A stretch of 62,949 nucleotides of DNA, counting the filler, from Choristocarpus tenellus KU-1152 (Eukaryota > Protista > Phaeophyceae): the NCBI GenBank assembly GCA_964200185.2. It is 10 parts of 10 records of this genome, joined end to end, with 100 filler letters (N's around TTAATTAATTAA, not from the genome) between each part and the next. Parts side by side here need not be neighbours in the genome. Positions count along the whole stretch, not along the records: positions 1 to 4,365 come from CAXNAD020014896.1; positions 4,466 to 7,561 come from CAXNAD020022356.1; positions 7,662 to 17,779 come from CAXNAD020003140.1; 7 more parts are not named here. The stretch is one strand, 5' to 3'. The notes under the pieces were generated by a model. The model did no database searches. It was not told the origin of the DNA and worked only from the letters and a program-made list of their open reading frames with translations. A program made the position numbers and the translations under genes. Shown piece after piece: positions 1 through 10,489 of the stretch (position 1 is its first letter; every line of letters starts with the position of its first letter).

Positions 1-67
1 CCATGGGAAGCCCAGCCCCAAATGGACAAACAGGGCAAAACTCGTACCCTCTAATATACTTTCATTC
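1..67. mobile_element. MITE family A, partial copy (one end)
   Basis: Matches the terminal arm of the ~258-bp element repeated through the window and ends in TACCCTCTAATATACTTTCATTC (TIR). Confidence 0.85.
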
Positions 68-936
68 CAATCCTGTCCAGGTCCTCAGCTTGGTCGTCAA
101 TAAGTACACATGTGACAGCCCATCCGGCTGGCCGTTCAATGCGGTCTACCTTATCATGCTGAGTCTCTCGCCACACGCTGTATCATCTCGTTGATATACA
201 GCAAAGTATGTCAAAAAGTAGTTTGTATCACTACCCTGGTTGCCAGGTGACAACTCATGATCGTCACTCAACCTAGTCGTGCCTGGACAATCCACATGGG
301 ATTCATATTCTGTTCTTTCGCCGAAGAGGAAGAGGTTGTGGATATCATGGTCATGAGGATAGACAGTCAGATGCTGGTCACTGTTCTCCTCGTCCCTAGG
401 GGTGCCCAGATGGATAAGACTCCTGTCCATTTGTGAATGAGCATGCTGTACTTCCTCCGTTCGGATTTAAATGTAACACAACTTTTGTAAGCTCCTTTCT
501 CACCCGGGAACGACCCATGTGATAAATCCTATGGATGACGCTTAGTTCTCGTAATATATGGATTGAGAGACGTGCAAAGTTTGAGATGGTGGGCTGTCAT
601 GACTTTGGAGGATGATCAGCCAAGTTACATTTGGTGAGGTTAGGGTTACCTTGTGAAACTGTCAAAGCGGGTGTTTATTGGGATTCCTAGGACCAAGGCC
701 CCACGTTGTTCGAGTCACTCCCTCATCCCGTCATTGCCCACTGGCTCCAATTCTTCTGCCCAGAAGTTGGTCCAGGGTCCAGACTTAAACACCCTGATGA
801 AGAACAGCACGGTGGGGTGAGACTCGGATGCCTCAGAGTATGGCAGCGACCATCGCGGAAGACTTCGTAAAATCCCGAATCACCATGTTCCGTCATCTGA
901 AGGAAGAAAGATACCCAGATCACACGGGGTGAGTGC

Positions 937-1811
937 ATGGCCCTTGAAAGATATTGCAAAGGTCATGATGTGGCCACTGTACAAAAGTGTCCTCGATGTT
1001 TGGGATGTCCCTTCGGTACAAAGCACATCCTTCTGCAAATGGGCGGCCAAAGCTGGGATCCTCGCTTGCCTTGTTATGGGATCTGTGCAAGCATGAGAAG
1101 ATGGAAAAAGTTCAAGTTGTGGGTAAAGCCAGTTCTCTCAGACCAGCAGAAAGTCAACATAATGGAATTCGTCATCAGTCACACAAACAGGAGGGGGGTA
1201 AGTGGGTATTAGTGGATGATCTATATGACTTGGTACATGTGGAGAAGTGGTTTTACATCCTTGAAGATGTGCAAGGTGTGTACCTGCACCCTGCTGAGGA
1301 CCTCATCAACCCCCCACGGGCAGGAGATAAACGTTACGTCACGAAGGTGATGTTCCTTGCACCTGTGACCCACCCCAGGAAGCTCTCCAACGGGGTGTGT
1401 TTTGATGGGAAAATTCAAGATCTGGCCAATCGTGGACACTAAGGTCGCGCAGTTCTCCGGCAAATACCACCCAAATGGCACCAAGGTGCTTGCACCAGTT
1501 ACGGTGGATGGGGAGAGGTATAAGAAGCTCATGATCGAGGATGTCATCCTGGCAATCAAGGTCTGCGTGTCTAGACCACAGAAGGACACAATATCTTCGT
1601 GCAGCAGGACGGGGCAAAGCCACATACCAATGGGGGGATCATTGAGGCAATTGAGGAAGCGGTGGGGGACGACACTGTCATAGATACCAATCCAGCCAAC
1701 TCACCTGACCTCAACAACAATAACCTGGGGTTCTTTCAGTCCATCCAGTAACTGAAGGAAGACGCGGGGGTGACCAACACAGAGGGATTGGTGGAGGCCA
1801 CAATGGAGGCG
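937..1811 (+). pseudogene. Tc1/mariner transposase remnant (plant/oomycete DD39D-like clade), frameshifted
   Basis: Across frames: KPVLSDQQK, YDLVHV-EKWFY, KVMFLA..P, FDGK..IWP, QQDGAKPH and PANSPDLNxxxLGFFQSIQ. These are hallmark motifs of this mariner clade. Truncated by an LTR at 1812. Confidence 0.85.
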
Positions 1812-2141
1812 TGTTAAACAATGTGTAAGAGTCCCAAGTCAATATGTAGATTAGTTCCTTCTCAGTTATGTTGTAATAGGTAGAAAGTTGGATTGAGAAA
1901 CACCATCCAAGTGGGGATCGTGGTAGACCTTTTAGTCATCCCTGATCACTAATAACTAATCACTCAATCTGTGTTACTTGCTATATTCCTTTTCTAGGAT
2001 TCTTCTTATGGTACTGTAATAACCTGGATAATGTTCCCTTGGTCACTCAACAGAGAGATTACTATCAACTATCCCGTTATCCAACTGAATTTTTTCCTTA
2101 GTAAGTATTTCCCCAAACGAATTTAAAGCAAACTCTTGACA
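1812..2141 (-). mobile_element. 3' LTR of a Copia retrotransposon
   Basis: On - it starts TGTCAAG right after a purine tract (AAGGGAGTG, PPT) and ends TTAACA. It lies just downstream of the RNase H end. Confidence 0.7.
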
Positions 2142-3830
2142 CACTCCCTTGCTTTGAACTTCTCGTGGAACTTCAAACAATCGCCAAATGCAACACACCA
2201 TATCACATCACATCACACAGTACCTATAATGATATCTGCGTGCCTATTGAACAATTCCCTGGATAATCTCTTAGTAAGAAGGTCTGCATGTTGGAATTCG
2301 GTAAGTACATATCCAATCTTCATTTTCCTTTCCCTCTCTAACTGTCGTACATAATGGTACCTAATGCCTATGTGCTTAGTTCTTTCCCCAGACAAAACCT
2401 TCTTAGCTATTTTGATAGCGCTATCATTCTCCTCAAAACACGAACTGGATATTCTTCAACAGATGGTTGTGGAAACTTGTGTACTTGTTTGAGCAATGTT
2501 ACTTCTTTCCCTAGCTCACATAAAGCAACATATTCAGCTTCTGCAGTCGACAGTTTGACAGTCTTCTGTTTCCTGAACCATCAGTCAATGCATCCTCCCC
2601 CAAACATCACAACACCTCCAGACACAGATAATTTAGTCCCCTTGCAATTAGCATAATTAGCATCTCCATAACCTACAAGTTGGTCTTTGGGTCCATCCCC
2701 ATAGTATCAAAACTCGCCAAAAGTAAGACATGGTCTCTGGTATCTAACAGATACCCTATTATTTCTCTCGGCATTCAACCAATCCATTAGGCAAGGGTCT
2801 TCAACATGAGATGCCAACTCACGCAGAGCAAACGAAACATCAGGTCTTGTCATAATTGCAACCCACTGAATACCTCCAACTAGTGACCTGTACCCATCTG
2901 GAACCGGTCCCTCCTGCTCTACCAAACTTTGCCATCCTATATGGTCCTAGGTCCGCCTTGGATCTCTGCACTCTCCCATTCCCATCCATCTACCTTGGTC
3001 AAAAACCATCTTTGTGCTGCCTGCGCGATGGCCATTTGTGGGGTAAGTAACTTGAAGCCATACCACCCGGTCTTTGAAGTCCTTGGATATCCTTGTTCCT
3101 AGCTCCTTTCTGTAGAAGTCATTCCTCCGACCCCATCACTTCTCGCATGGTACGACGTGTTGGAGGAAGTGAACATACTTCCCTACCAACCAGCATACCA
3201 GTCAGTCTCCTTTCATACCTTAGTTGACGTTCTGATTGTTCACCAGGTTCAGGTGGGGGTTCGCTGTTATGGTCCACATGTCTCGGCAACAACCTTCCAC
3301 CACTCCCCTGCTGTGATGTAGGCAGATCCATACCACCAGCACCAGCGTTCAACATCCCATGAGTACTTCCATCTTCCACGTGTTCTCTACCTCTATTCCA
3401 CCTTCCCCACTTCCAAGTTCCAAATCCACACCTACATTTTCCGAATCCATGGTTCCTGGAATCATTACTTCAGGAACTTCTTCCGATCCCAAAGAAATTT
3501 CCTCCAACACCAAATCCCTAGTCCTCAGCCCAAGGTGTTCTGCTTCTCTCCTCAAAGATTCCATCCCTAGTCCAGTTAATCCCAGCGACAGAATAAGGCA
3601 CAAACATAGTCATGCATGTTGCGAATTTCCATGCCGTTACCTTGGGTACTGCTTTCCAATGAGTCTTGCCAATATTGTATCCCTTATGGTACTATTGCCA
3701 CTCCCTAGCTAAATGAATCTCACGATCCTTGGCATAACTGCGTGCCATCACCTCATGGCAGTGACCTAGCTGCATATGCATTTGGTTGATATCCACTCGA
3801 GTAGTAGGTCGCATCTCTCCTCTCAGGCCC
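2142..3830 (-). pseudogene. Ty1/Copia pol remnant (GAG-pre-integrase, RT, RNase H), internally deleted
   Basis: ERTKHIGIRYHYVR and QHADLLTK (RNase H), YRSLVGGIQW...TRPDVSFA (RT), HMQLGH (GAG-pre-integrase). Confidence 0.9.
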
Positions 3831-4041
3831 CACAGGGCCGTGATAAAAAGCTCCAGCCCCACCCTCAGCGAGCTCATCAGGTCCACCATTGCCTGATGTT
3901 GATGTGAGTTGTACATCACCAGTGCCCATACTTGAGGTGAGCTCCCTCCCCTCAACAGTTCCCCCTGGGACAGTGGTATATGCATCATTTCCGTCCAGTT
4001 CCTCAACACTCATCTCTGAAGTTGCAGTCGTACTCGTTGAT

Positions 4042-4180
4042 GTTGAAATATTCCACACTGGACCCGCGGCTTCTTGCTTGATGAAAGACAATGAATAACT
4101 TAATGTTAATATGCAATATTAGCGTTAGAAGAGGGACTTGTGGTCTCGATTCCACTGACTGAATTGGTGGGGATGAGACA
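4042..4180. repeat. ~140-bp dispersed repeat (second copy 8501-8640)
   Basis: CCACACTGGACC.GCGGCTT...TGTGGTCTCGATTCCACTGACTGA...GTGGG is shared with 8501-8640. Confidence 0.7.
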
Positions 4181-4365
4181 CGTGCAGACCATCAGGTGGG
4201 ATTTGCAATGTCCATATGGATAATCAGAAAATAATATCTACTTATCATATGTGCCATATATGATATATCTGCGGATGATCCAATATCAGGTCCCTACCAT
4301 ACATGAATTACCATACATGAACGTTGTGTAGAGCTCAACTGAAATATATGGAAACATATAACTGG

Positions 4366-4465
4366 NNNNNNNNNNNNNNNNNNNNNNNNNNNNNNNNNNN
4401 NNNNNNNNNTTAATTAATTAANNNNNNNNNNNNNNNNNNNNNNNNNNNNNNNNNNNNNNNNNNNN
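4366..4465. other. Artificial contig linker N44-TTAATTAATTAA-N44 (also 7562-7661, 17780-17879, 23293-23392, 28717-28816, 35701-35800, 39705-39804, 48118-48217, 59064-59163)
   Basis: The same 100-bp spacer with stops in all six frames occurs nine times. Confidence 0.98.
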
Positions 4466-4717
4466 GGGGGGGGTTCAGGCAACACCATCGATAAAACAAT
4501 TAAGAAATAATTTTTATTGCACGTCTTTGGTTAACCACACATACATACTACATGGTCACCCGAAGATCAATTAGTTGGTTGACAGGGTATCTAAACGCAG
4601 GATAACTATCTCAACTTAGCTTGTATAGTTCGACACAGGGATATCTCGCAACAGCTGTAACCCAACTAGAAGAGGAGTAGAGCGCGACAATCCCACCAAT
4701 GTCGACAACTCTCTCAC

Positions 4718-5610
4718 CTGCTGGAACATTTTGTGGATATCTCCTATTGACACTTCTTTATTCTTCCTCTGTCGCTTGATAGCTTGTTGGAGCTTGTGCT
4801 GAAAATATATCTTATCGTATAATGTGTGCTCAACCACACTCTCTGTTGCGTCGTTGAATGCTATAAGCATAGCGGTGCAGTGGGCGAACGGGACAAGGGT
4901 TAGGTGGGGAGCGATCACGGGACACACGCGGCCTGCGGCACCGAGAAACTTGTTGCTGTGGACAGGAATACCACGAGGGATAAAAAAGATGAGCAAAGAA
5001 AAGATCCACAATGGGCTGACTGACAATGGACATAGCAAGGGAAACTCGACAACAGCTTCGTATATCAGAATAGTCATCAGGTGATCACAGAACAACGAAA
5101 GCACTCAACTTACTTCGGCGCTTGGTTGATCAGAACGGTCAGGCGATTATGGAACAACGAAAACACTCCATCACCCACCGTTGGCAATTAGCCTCTCTTC
5201 TGTTTGGTTGAACTCCGTGTAGATTCGCATGGTGAAAGTGTGCTCGGGGTCAAACAATCTCTTCAGCACTGTTACTCGATGGTTTCTGTCCAAGACTCGC
5301 CCTTCAATGGCAAGGACCATTTCGGGGTTCAGTTGATCCACATTACCCAAACTTTCTCTCTGGATGCAAACACTCGGGGCAAACTGTTCCAGCCAGCCTT
5401 TCTCATTTATTGACTTCATCACGCGAGCAAGGCCACGCTCGCTTAAAGGACGCACCATATCTGTGCATGTGACGTTTGTGAGTTTCATCTTAAATGACCC
5501 CAGATAATGTTCATCCAATAGCCAGGACATGCCAGTAGGGGATACGTCCTGGCTTCTGGAGTCAAACTTTTCCCATCGGCGGGCGGGTGGGTTGTTGTTC
5601 TTGAAATGTT
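4718..5610 (-). CDS. Spliced ParB/Sulfiredoxin-like N-terminal-domain protein (exons ~5610-5179 and 4860-4718; incomplete)
   Basis: VRPLSERGLARVMKSINEKGW...P...RVLDRNHRVTVLK resembles the ParB/Srx fold (DGxHR, here one base from DGNHR). The phase-1 GT donor at 5178 and AG acceptor at 4861 join in frame to give ...LIANAFNDATESVVEHTLYDKI. Confidence 0.65.
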
Positions 5611-5749
5611 CTACATGACAAAGATTGGGTTAGTGTGATGGGGATGGATAAGTAAGAGGTCTGCTTGGTATCTATGGAAGGGAATAAATTGAAATGGGGA
5701 CTGAGGGATGGTAGGTGCTGTTTTATGTCGTCTGACCTTTCGATCCTCA

Positions 5750-6240
5750 AAACTCAGATTGCACATTTTTTATGAGAACTGCGTTACAAATATACGAATA
5801 TCAAACAGCATAGGATTTCATATTGAACTGGGACAGAGGGTGTCTTTGTTTTCGTGGCCTTTTCGGTCTACTATCACGTTTTGAACGTATGAGATCAATG
5901 AAGGATGTGGTTTGTATCTGTAGTTGTTGGTGTAAAGATTAGAATACCGTTCTACTTTTGGAAAAACCATACCGCACATGTTCTGTGTGTTCAACGGTAT
6001 TACTGCTAACCAGCAAGCAGGAATACGATAGATCCGCTTTTTTATGTTATCTAGTGTTTATTTAAACCCTAAAGACGCCAAGAAGTGGGTTTAAGGTTTA
6101 TTTAAATAGTGGATACCAGTTGGAATGACTTCTTAGATTTTCTGAAATTGGAAACGTGTGAGACCCCTGAAGTTCGTTCTTGATATTTTAAAAAACCCTA
6201 AGCACGGTTTTCAGTGGGTTTAGTATTTTAAAAAACCCTA
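5750..6240. repeat. AT-rich degenerate subterminal repeat block, reverse-complement homolog of 36480-36850
   Basis: Shared blocks such as ATCAATGAAGGATGTGGTTTGTA and TTTAAATAGTGGATACCAGTTGGAA. Confidence 0.7.
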
Positions 6241-6378
6241 ACGCACGTGTAAAGTGACTCATAGTGAATAAGTGCTAAGTGGTTAGTATGTTTATGTAAA
6301 GTGACTCTTATTATTGACTTGGACGTTTATGACAATCGTTATGTGATTCAAAGTATCTTAGAGGTTAGGGTCGAGTCT

Positions 6379-6913
6379 GAGTGAAAGTATCTTAGAGGGT
6401 ACGCGTTTTGCCCTGTTTCTCCATAATTTGAGGCTTGGCTTGTGCAATATAGACTAGTAGTCTATATGGTTTATAGTATAAAAGTGAATGAAGTAATTTA
6501 ACTTAAACTTATAATTATAAGTGACTGACGTAGTGTAACTGTCGCAAACATGTTTAAACATATTTCTGACGTGTTTGATGACGAATGAATTAGATAACAA
6601 GAGAGAGCACCACCCCCTACCTTGAGGATAGTGCTCGCTCCGCTAGTAAACATATCCATACCACACAAAGCAAAATACTCTACTTGAGTAGCTCTCTTTT
6701 GCATATGGCTTCCCGTGGGGTTTTTTGTGACACTTTCCTACTCCAAAATGTTTTGGAGTAGTAGGTAAAATGTAAATGTTGTGAAAAAATGTATCCAGAA
6801 CATGGACATTGATACTTCCTAACAAACAAAATGACCAAAATTATGTCCAAAACACAATGTTGGATTTTGGCTCCCAAACGACCGCTACTCTGCCCTCTAA
6901 GATACTTTGGCTC
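6379..6913. mobile_element. MITE family A copy containing a solo LTR
   Basis: TIRs GAGTGAAAGTATCTTAGAGGG / CCCTCTAAGATACTTTGGCTC, TCT on both flanks. Confidence 0.9.
6441..6705. mobile_element. Solo LTR
   Basis: TGTGCAA...TTGCATA termini (TG..CA with one change) and a 5-bp TSD TGGCT on both sides. Removing it restores the MITE consensus. Confidence 0.75.
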
Positions 6914-7133
6914 TCTGTTGTCTGTTTGGGGCAAATTCCAATGTTGCGATTTTGATTAAATTTTGTCTGTTGTGTATATTAGGGAGTGTCAATATATATA
7001 CTACTATACAAATATCCGCGTTCTCAGTAAATGCAATTGTCAGTTCGCCTTCGAGAGATGTTGCAGGGGTGTTCTTCGAGAGTTCCTTCTCAATAACTCC
7101 TCACTTGCCCACACAACCAACATTTTTAATTAG

Positions 7134-7391
7134 GAGCTATACAAGGATTTTTGCAAAGAGGCAATACGGGAGTATCCTGATGACCCTTCGAAGCGGGTAA
7201 GCAAGGAGTACTTCCTCTGATTGCTAAGAGAGGACAGGCCCAACATTCGGGTGAGGGTAGGAGGCGAGTTTATGAAATGTGACATATGTGTCACGTTAAA
7301 AGAGAAGCAGCACGGTGCGCCTGGTGTAAAACCCACGGACGATTCCACCATCCTCGAGTCCATCGATAAGGAGCTGTCAGACCATCGAGAG
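7134..7391 (+). pseudogene. Transposase-like exon (Sola-type, CxxC region) with one in-frame stop
   Basis: AG/GT-bounded 258 bp: ELYKDFC...VSKEYFL*LLREDRPNIRVRVGGEFMKCDICVTLKE...ELSDHRE. The S..F...-F.KCxxC-...H pattern is typical of the region before the DDE core in Sola-like transposases (recognition only). Confidence 0.55.
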
Positions 7392-7661
7392 GTAGGTGTC
7401 CAGCGTTAATTTTGCAACAAGCATACAGTGGCGAAAGGTCGCCGTCATTGCCCTCCTAACCCTAAGTAAATCCGTGTCCTTTTTCGAATGAAGACTCCCA
7501 TGTAGGTGTTTATGGCAGCAGCAGTAGCCTCACTCACCACAAAACTTGCTGTTATTAGCTGNNNNNNNNNNNNNNNNNNNNNNNNNNNNNNNNNNNNNNN
7601 NNNNNTTAATTAATTAANNNNNNNNNNNNNNNNNNNNNNNNNNNNNNNNNNNNNNNNNNNN

Positions 7662-8500
7662 GTACACACCACCTGTCAGCAGTGGTAAATGCCAACATTT
7701 TCAGATTCGATGCCCTGTATTTGTTACCTTTATACAATCGTGTACACACCACCTGTCAGCAGTGGTAATACCAACATTTTCAAATTTGATGCCCTGTATT
7801 TACTATCTTTACAATCGTGTACACACCACCTGTCAGCAGTGGTAATTACCAACATTTTCAGATTCGATGCCCTGTATTTATTACCTTTACAACCGTGTAC
7901 ACACCAGCTATCAATGGTGGTGTCGCCAACGTTTTCAAATTCAATGCCCTGTATATACTAGCTTTACGACCGTGTACACACCAGCTGTCAGCAGTGGTAA
8001 TTACAAACATTTTCAGATTCGATGCGCTGTATTTACTACCTTTACAATCGTGTACACACCAGCTGTAAGCAGTGGCAATACCAACATTTTCAGATACGAT
8101 GCCCTGTATTTATTTGCGTTTCCAACCGTGTACACACCAGCTGTAAGCAGTGGTAACACCAACATTTTCAGATTCGATGCCCTGTATTTACTAGGTTTCC
8201 AACCATGTATATACCACCTGTCTATGGTGGTAATACCAACGTTTTCAAATTCGATGCCCAGTATTTGTTACCTTTACAACCGTACACACAGCACCTGTCA
8301 GTGGTGGTGTCACCGACCTTTTCAAATTCGATGCCCTGTATTTACTACCTTTACAATCGTGTACACACCACCTGTCAGCAGTGGTAATACCATCATTTTC
8401 AAGTGCGATACCCTGTATTTACTACCTTTTCCACCGTGTACACACCAGCTATCAATAGTGGTATCACCAACGTTTTCAGGTACGATACCCAGTATTTACA
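7662..8500. repeat. Tandem array of ~11 units of 77-78 bp (extra partial unit 9051-9092)
   Basis: Unit GTACACACCACCTGTCAGCAGTGGTAATACCAACATTTTCAGATTCGATGCCCTGTATTTACTACCTTTACAATCGT. Confidence 0.95.
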
Positions 8501-8741
8501 GTTGAACTATCCCACACTGGACCTGCGGCTTTTATGGTGCGTTAATGAAGGACAAAGAACAGCTTAATGTGGATGAACAAAGTTAGTATTACAAGGGCCT
8601 TTGTGGTCTCGATTCCACTGACTGAGCTCGTGGGCGAGACTCTAGCCTAAATTACCATCATTACTATATAGCGTGGGGTTTGTAATCGTCCACACTATTT
8701 TACTATGAAATACTTATTTACTTATCTTAAGTATAGGAAGT

Positions 8742-8921
8742 GACCCAAAGTATCTGGGAGGGGGGAGGTGGTCTACACCAGGGTGTCAATTTGGGTTAAA
8801 ATCAGGAAAAGTGCATTTACAGTAACCATCCGACGTTAGCAACCAAATCACCCAAAAATCGCGACATGAAAAAATTCACCCGAAATGGACAGCCGCCACC
8901 CCCTCCCAGATACTTTGAGCC
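8742..8921. mobile_element. MITE family B (~180 bp)
   Basis: TIRs GACCCAAAGTATCTGGGAGGGGG / CCCCCTCCCAGATACTTTGAGCC, AGT on both flanks. Homologs at 58850-59037, 39805-39959 and 28817-28896. Confidence 0.85.
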
Positions 8922-9093
8922 AGTGTATCTTGAACATGATATAACCAATCAACACTACGAGTCAGTACATATAATATATCTGTCATTGGTTCTCTACCCT
9001 ATCACATAATTCACCAGTGGTGTCCATAGTGTATCAGCTGCAATATCTACGAACATTTACTACCTTTACAACCATGTACACACCACCTGTCAA

Positions 9094-9165
9094 TAACAGC
9101 AGATTTCAAAAATTGAGGATGGAGCTTTTCATTGAGGATGGGCTTGACCCAAAATTGACTGGGAG
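9094..9165 (+). mobile_element. Terminus of TIR family C (AACAG...)
   Basis: AACAGCAGATTTCAAAAATTGAGGATGGAGCTTTTCATTGAGGATGGGCTTGACCCAAAATT also occurs at 17738, and reverse-complemented at 37781-37888 and 48218-48279. Confidence 0.75.
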
Positions 9166-9962
9166 AAAGTATCGATATGTTTTTTTTTGTAATGTCATCA
9201 TGATCTATTCATCAAAATCATTGATTACCGCGAATTCGACTGAACCTTTTTCTGAAATTGGAACATGTGTTGCAGTCGCATATGTCGGGAGTAATCAGCC
9301 GAAATAGAGGCAAGATTCCACGATGCAATTACACGCACTACAACATCCGTCTGTCGAGTGCGACGTGGTGACACCTTCGATACGCACATGTAAGGGCTCC
9401 AATACCATTGGAACCTTTCCGATAAGGTTCGTATCGCATTGCAATGCAATCTCGATACAACTTGCACGATGATATCATGATGCGCGCGTATCTTAGTCCA
9501 AAAACCCTGCTAACCCTAAACATAGACTTTGATCGCTTCTACTGACCAACAGAACATACCAAACTTGTGCTTAGAAGTACGTTTTCCAAAATGGGCAGGT
9601 ACGTATCAAACTGATGCATTCATGCTTTCACTTCTGCGGTTCAACATTATGTTTTCCTGCTGAGGATTCTTGTTTCAAATCGACATACACACCCCCCAAC
9701 CGTCTTGCCGCACTTTGGAATTTGATGGCCTTTACCGTTCGACAGAACACATCAAATTCATTCAGAACCATCTGCCGTATGTCAAGCACAAACCTGCGTA
9801 TGGTTGCCCACCCGACATCCAACCCGGGTCGGGGCGTAAATTCCTTTCATCTCAATCTTTCACTTTCGTTGTTCAACGTAATGTTTTTCTCCTCAGGTTG
9901 TTCGTATTTCAAATGGACACACACACCCTCAACCGTCTTGCCGCGCTTTGGAATTTGATGGC

Positions 9963-10100
9963 CTTTACCCTTCAACAGAACACATCGAGTTCATTCCCTT
10001 TACCCTTCAACAGAACATATCGAGTTCTTTCCCTTTACCCTTCAACAGAACACATCGAGTTCATTCCCTTTACCCTTCAACAGAACACATCGAGTTCATT
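9963..10100. repeat. 35-bp tandem repeat x4
   Basis: CTTTACCCTTCAACAGAACACATCGAGTTCATTCC repeated. Confidence 0.9.
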
Positions 10101-10489
10101 CTGCCCTATGTCAAGCTCAAACCTGTGCATGATTTCCCTCTCTACATGTTACCTTGGTCGGCGCGTAAATCCTTCCCGTCTGCGTACGGTATTGGTGCGT
10201 TCTCATATTCTTAGCAAATGGCGGCCTTCAAGGAAAGCGCTACGCTGTCCTCATGTCCATAGCATTGCTAGGCCCTTTTCATATCACGTTTGCATAAGCC
10301 CACGCATGGACACGAGACCTGCACTCCGTACAGATCCCGTCATCGTTAATCACATAGTCTATCACTGTTCGTACAAAATCACCCGTGCTGTGATGATCGC
10401 CTAACAATAGCATCCACTCGATATCCTTCTTATTTGCTGATACCGTTGCCGTCAATTTTTTCTCTCCTACCTTCACAGACAGTCTGCTG

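Larger units (their letters stand above)
6345..7561 (+). mobile_element. Left end of a putative autonomous Sola-like DNA transposon (family A terminus leading into a transposase-like exon)
   Basis: TIR GATTCAAAGTATCTTAGAGG at 6345 is interrupted by a nested MITE. The family-A arm resumes at ~6920-6995 and then runs into unique sequence holding the exon at 7134. Confidence 0.55.

Noticed and set aside
4410-4421. TTAATTAATTAA as a biological palindrome or target site
   Set aside because: It is always centred in 88 Ns, so it is an assembly linker.
7662-8500. CRISPR array, or a real CDS (7867-8505, 212 aa)
   Set aside because: Units are contiguous homologs with no unique spacers and no cas genes. 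The ORFs are by-products of the repeat.
9614-10404. 244-aa + strand ORF
   Set aside because: It is built from 35-bp repeats and is antisense to the more protein-like module.
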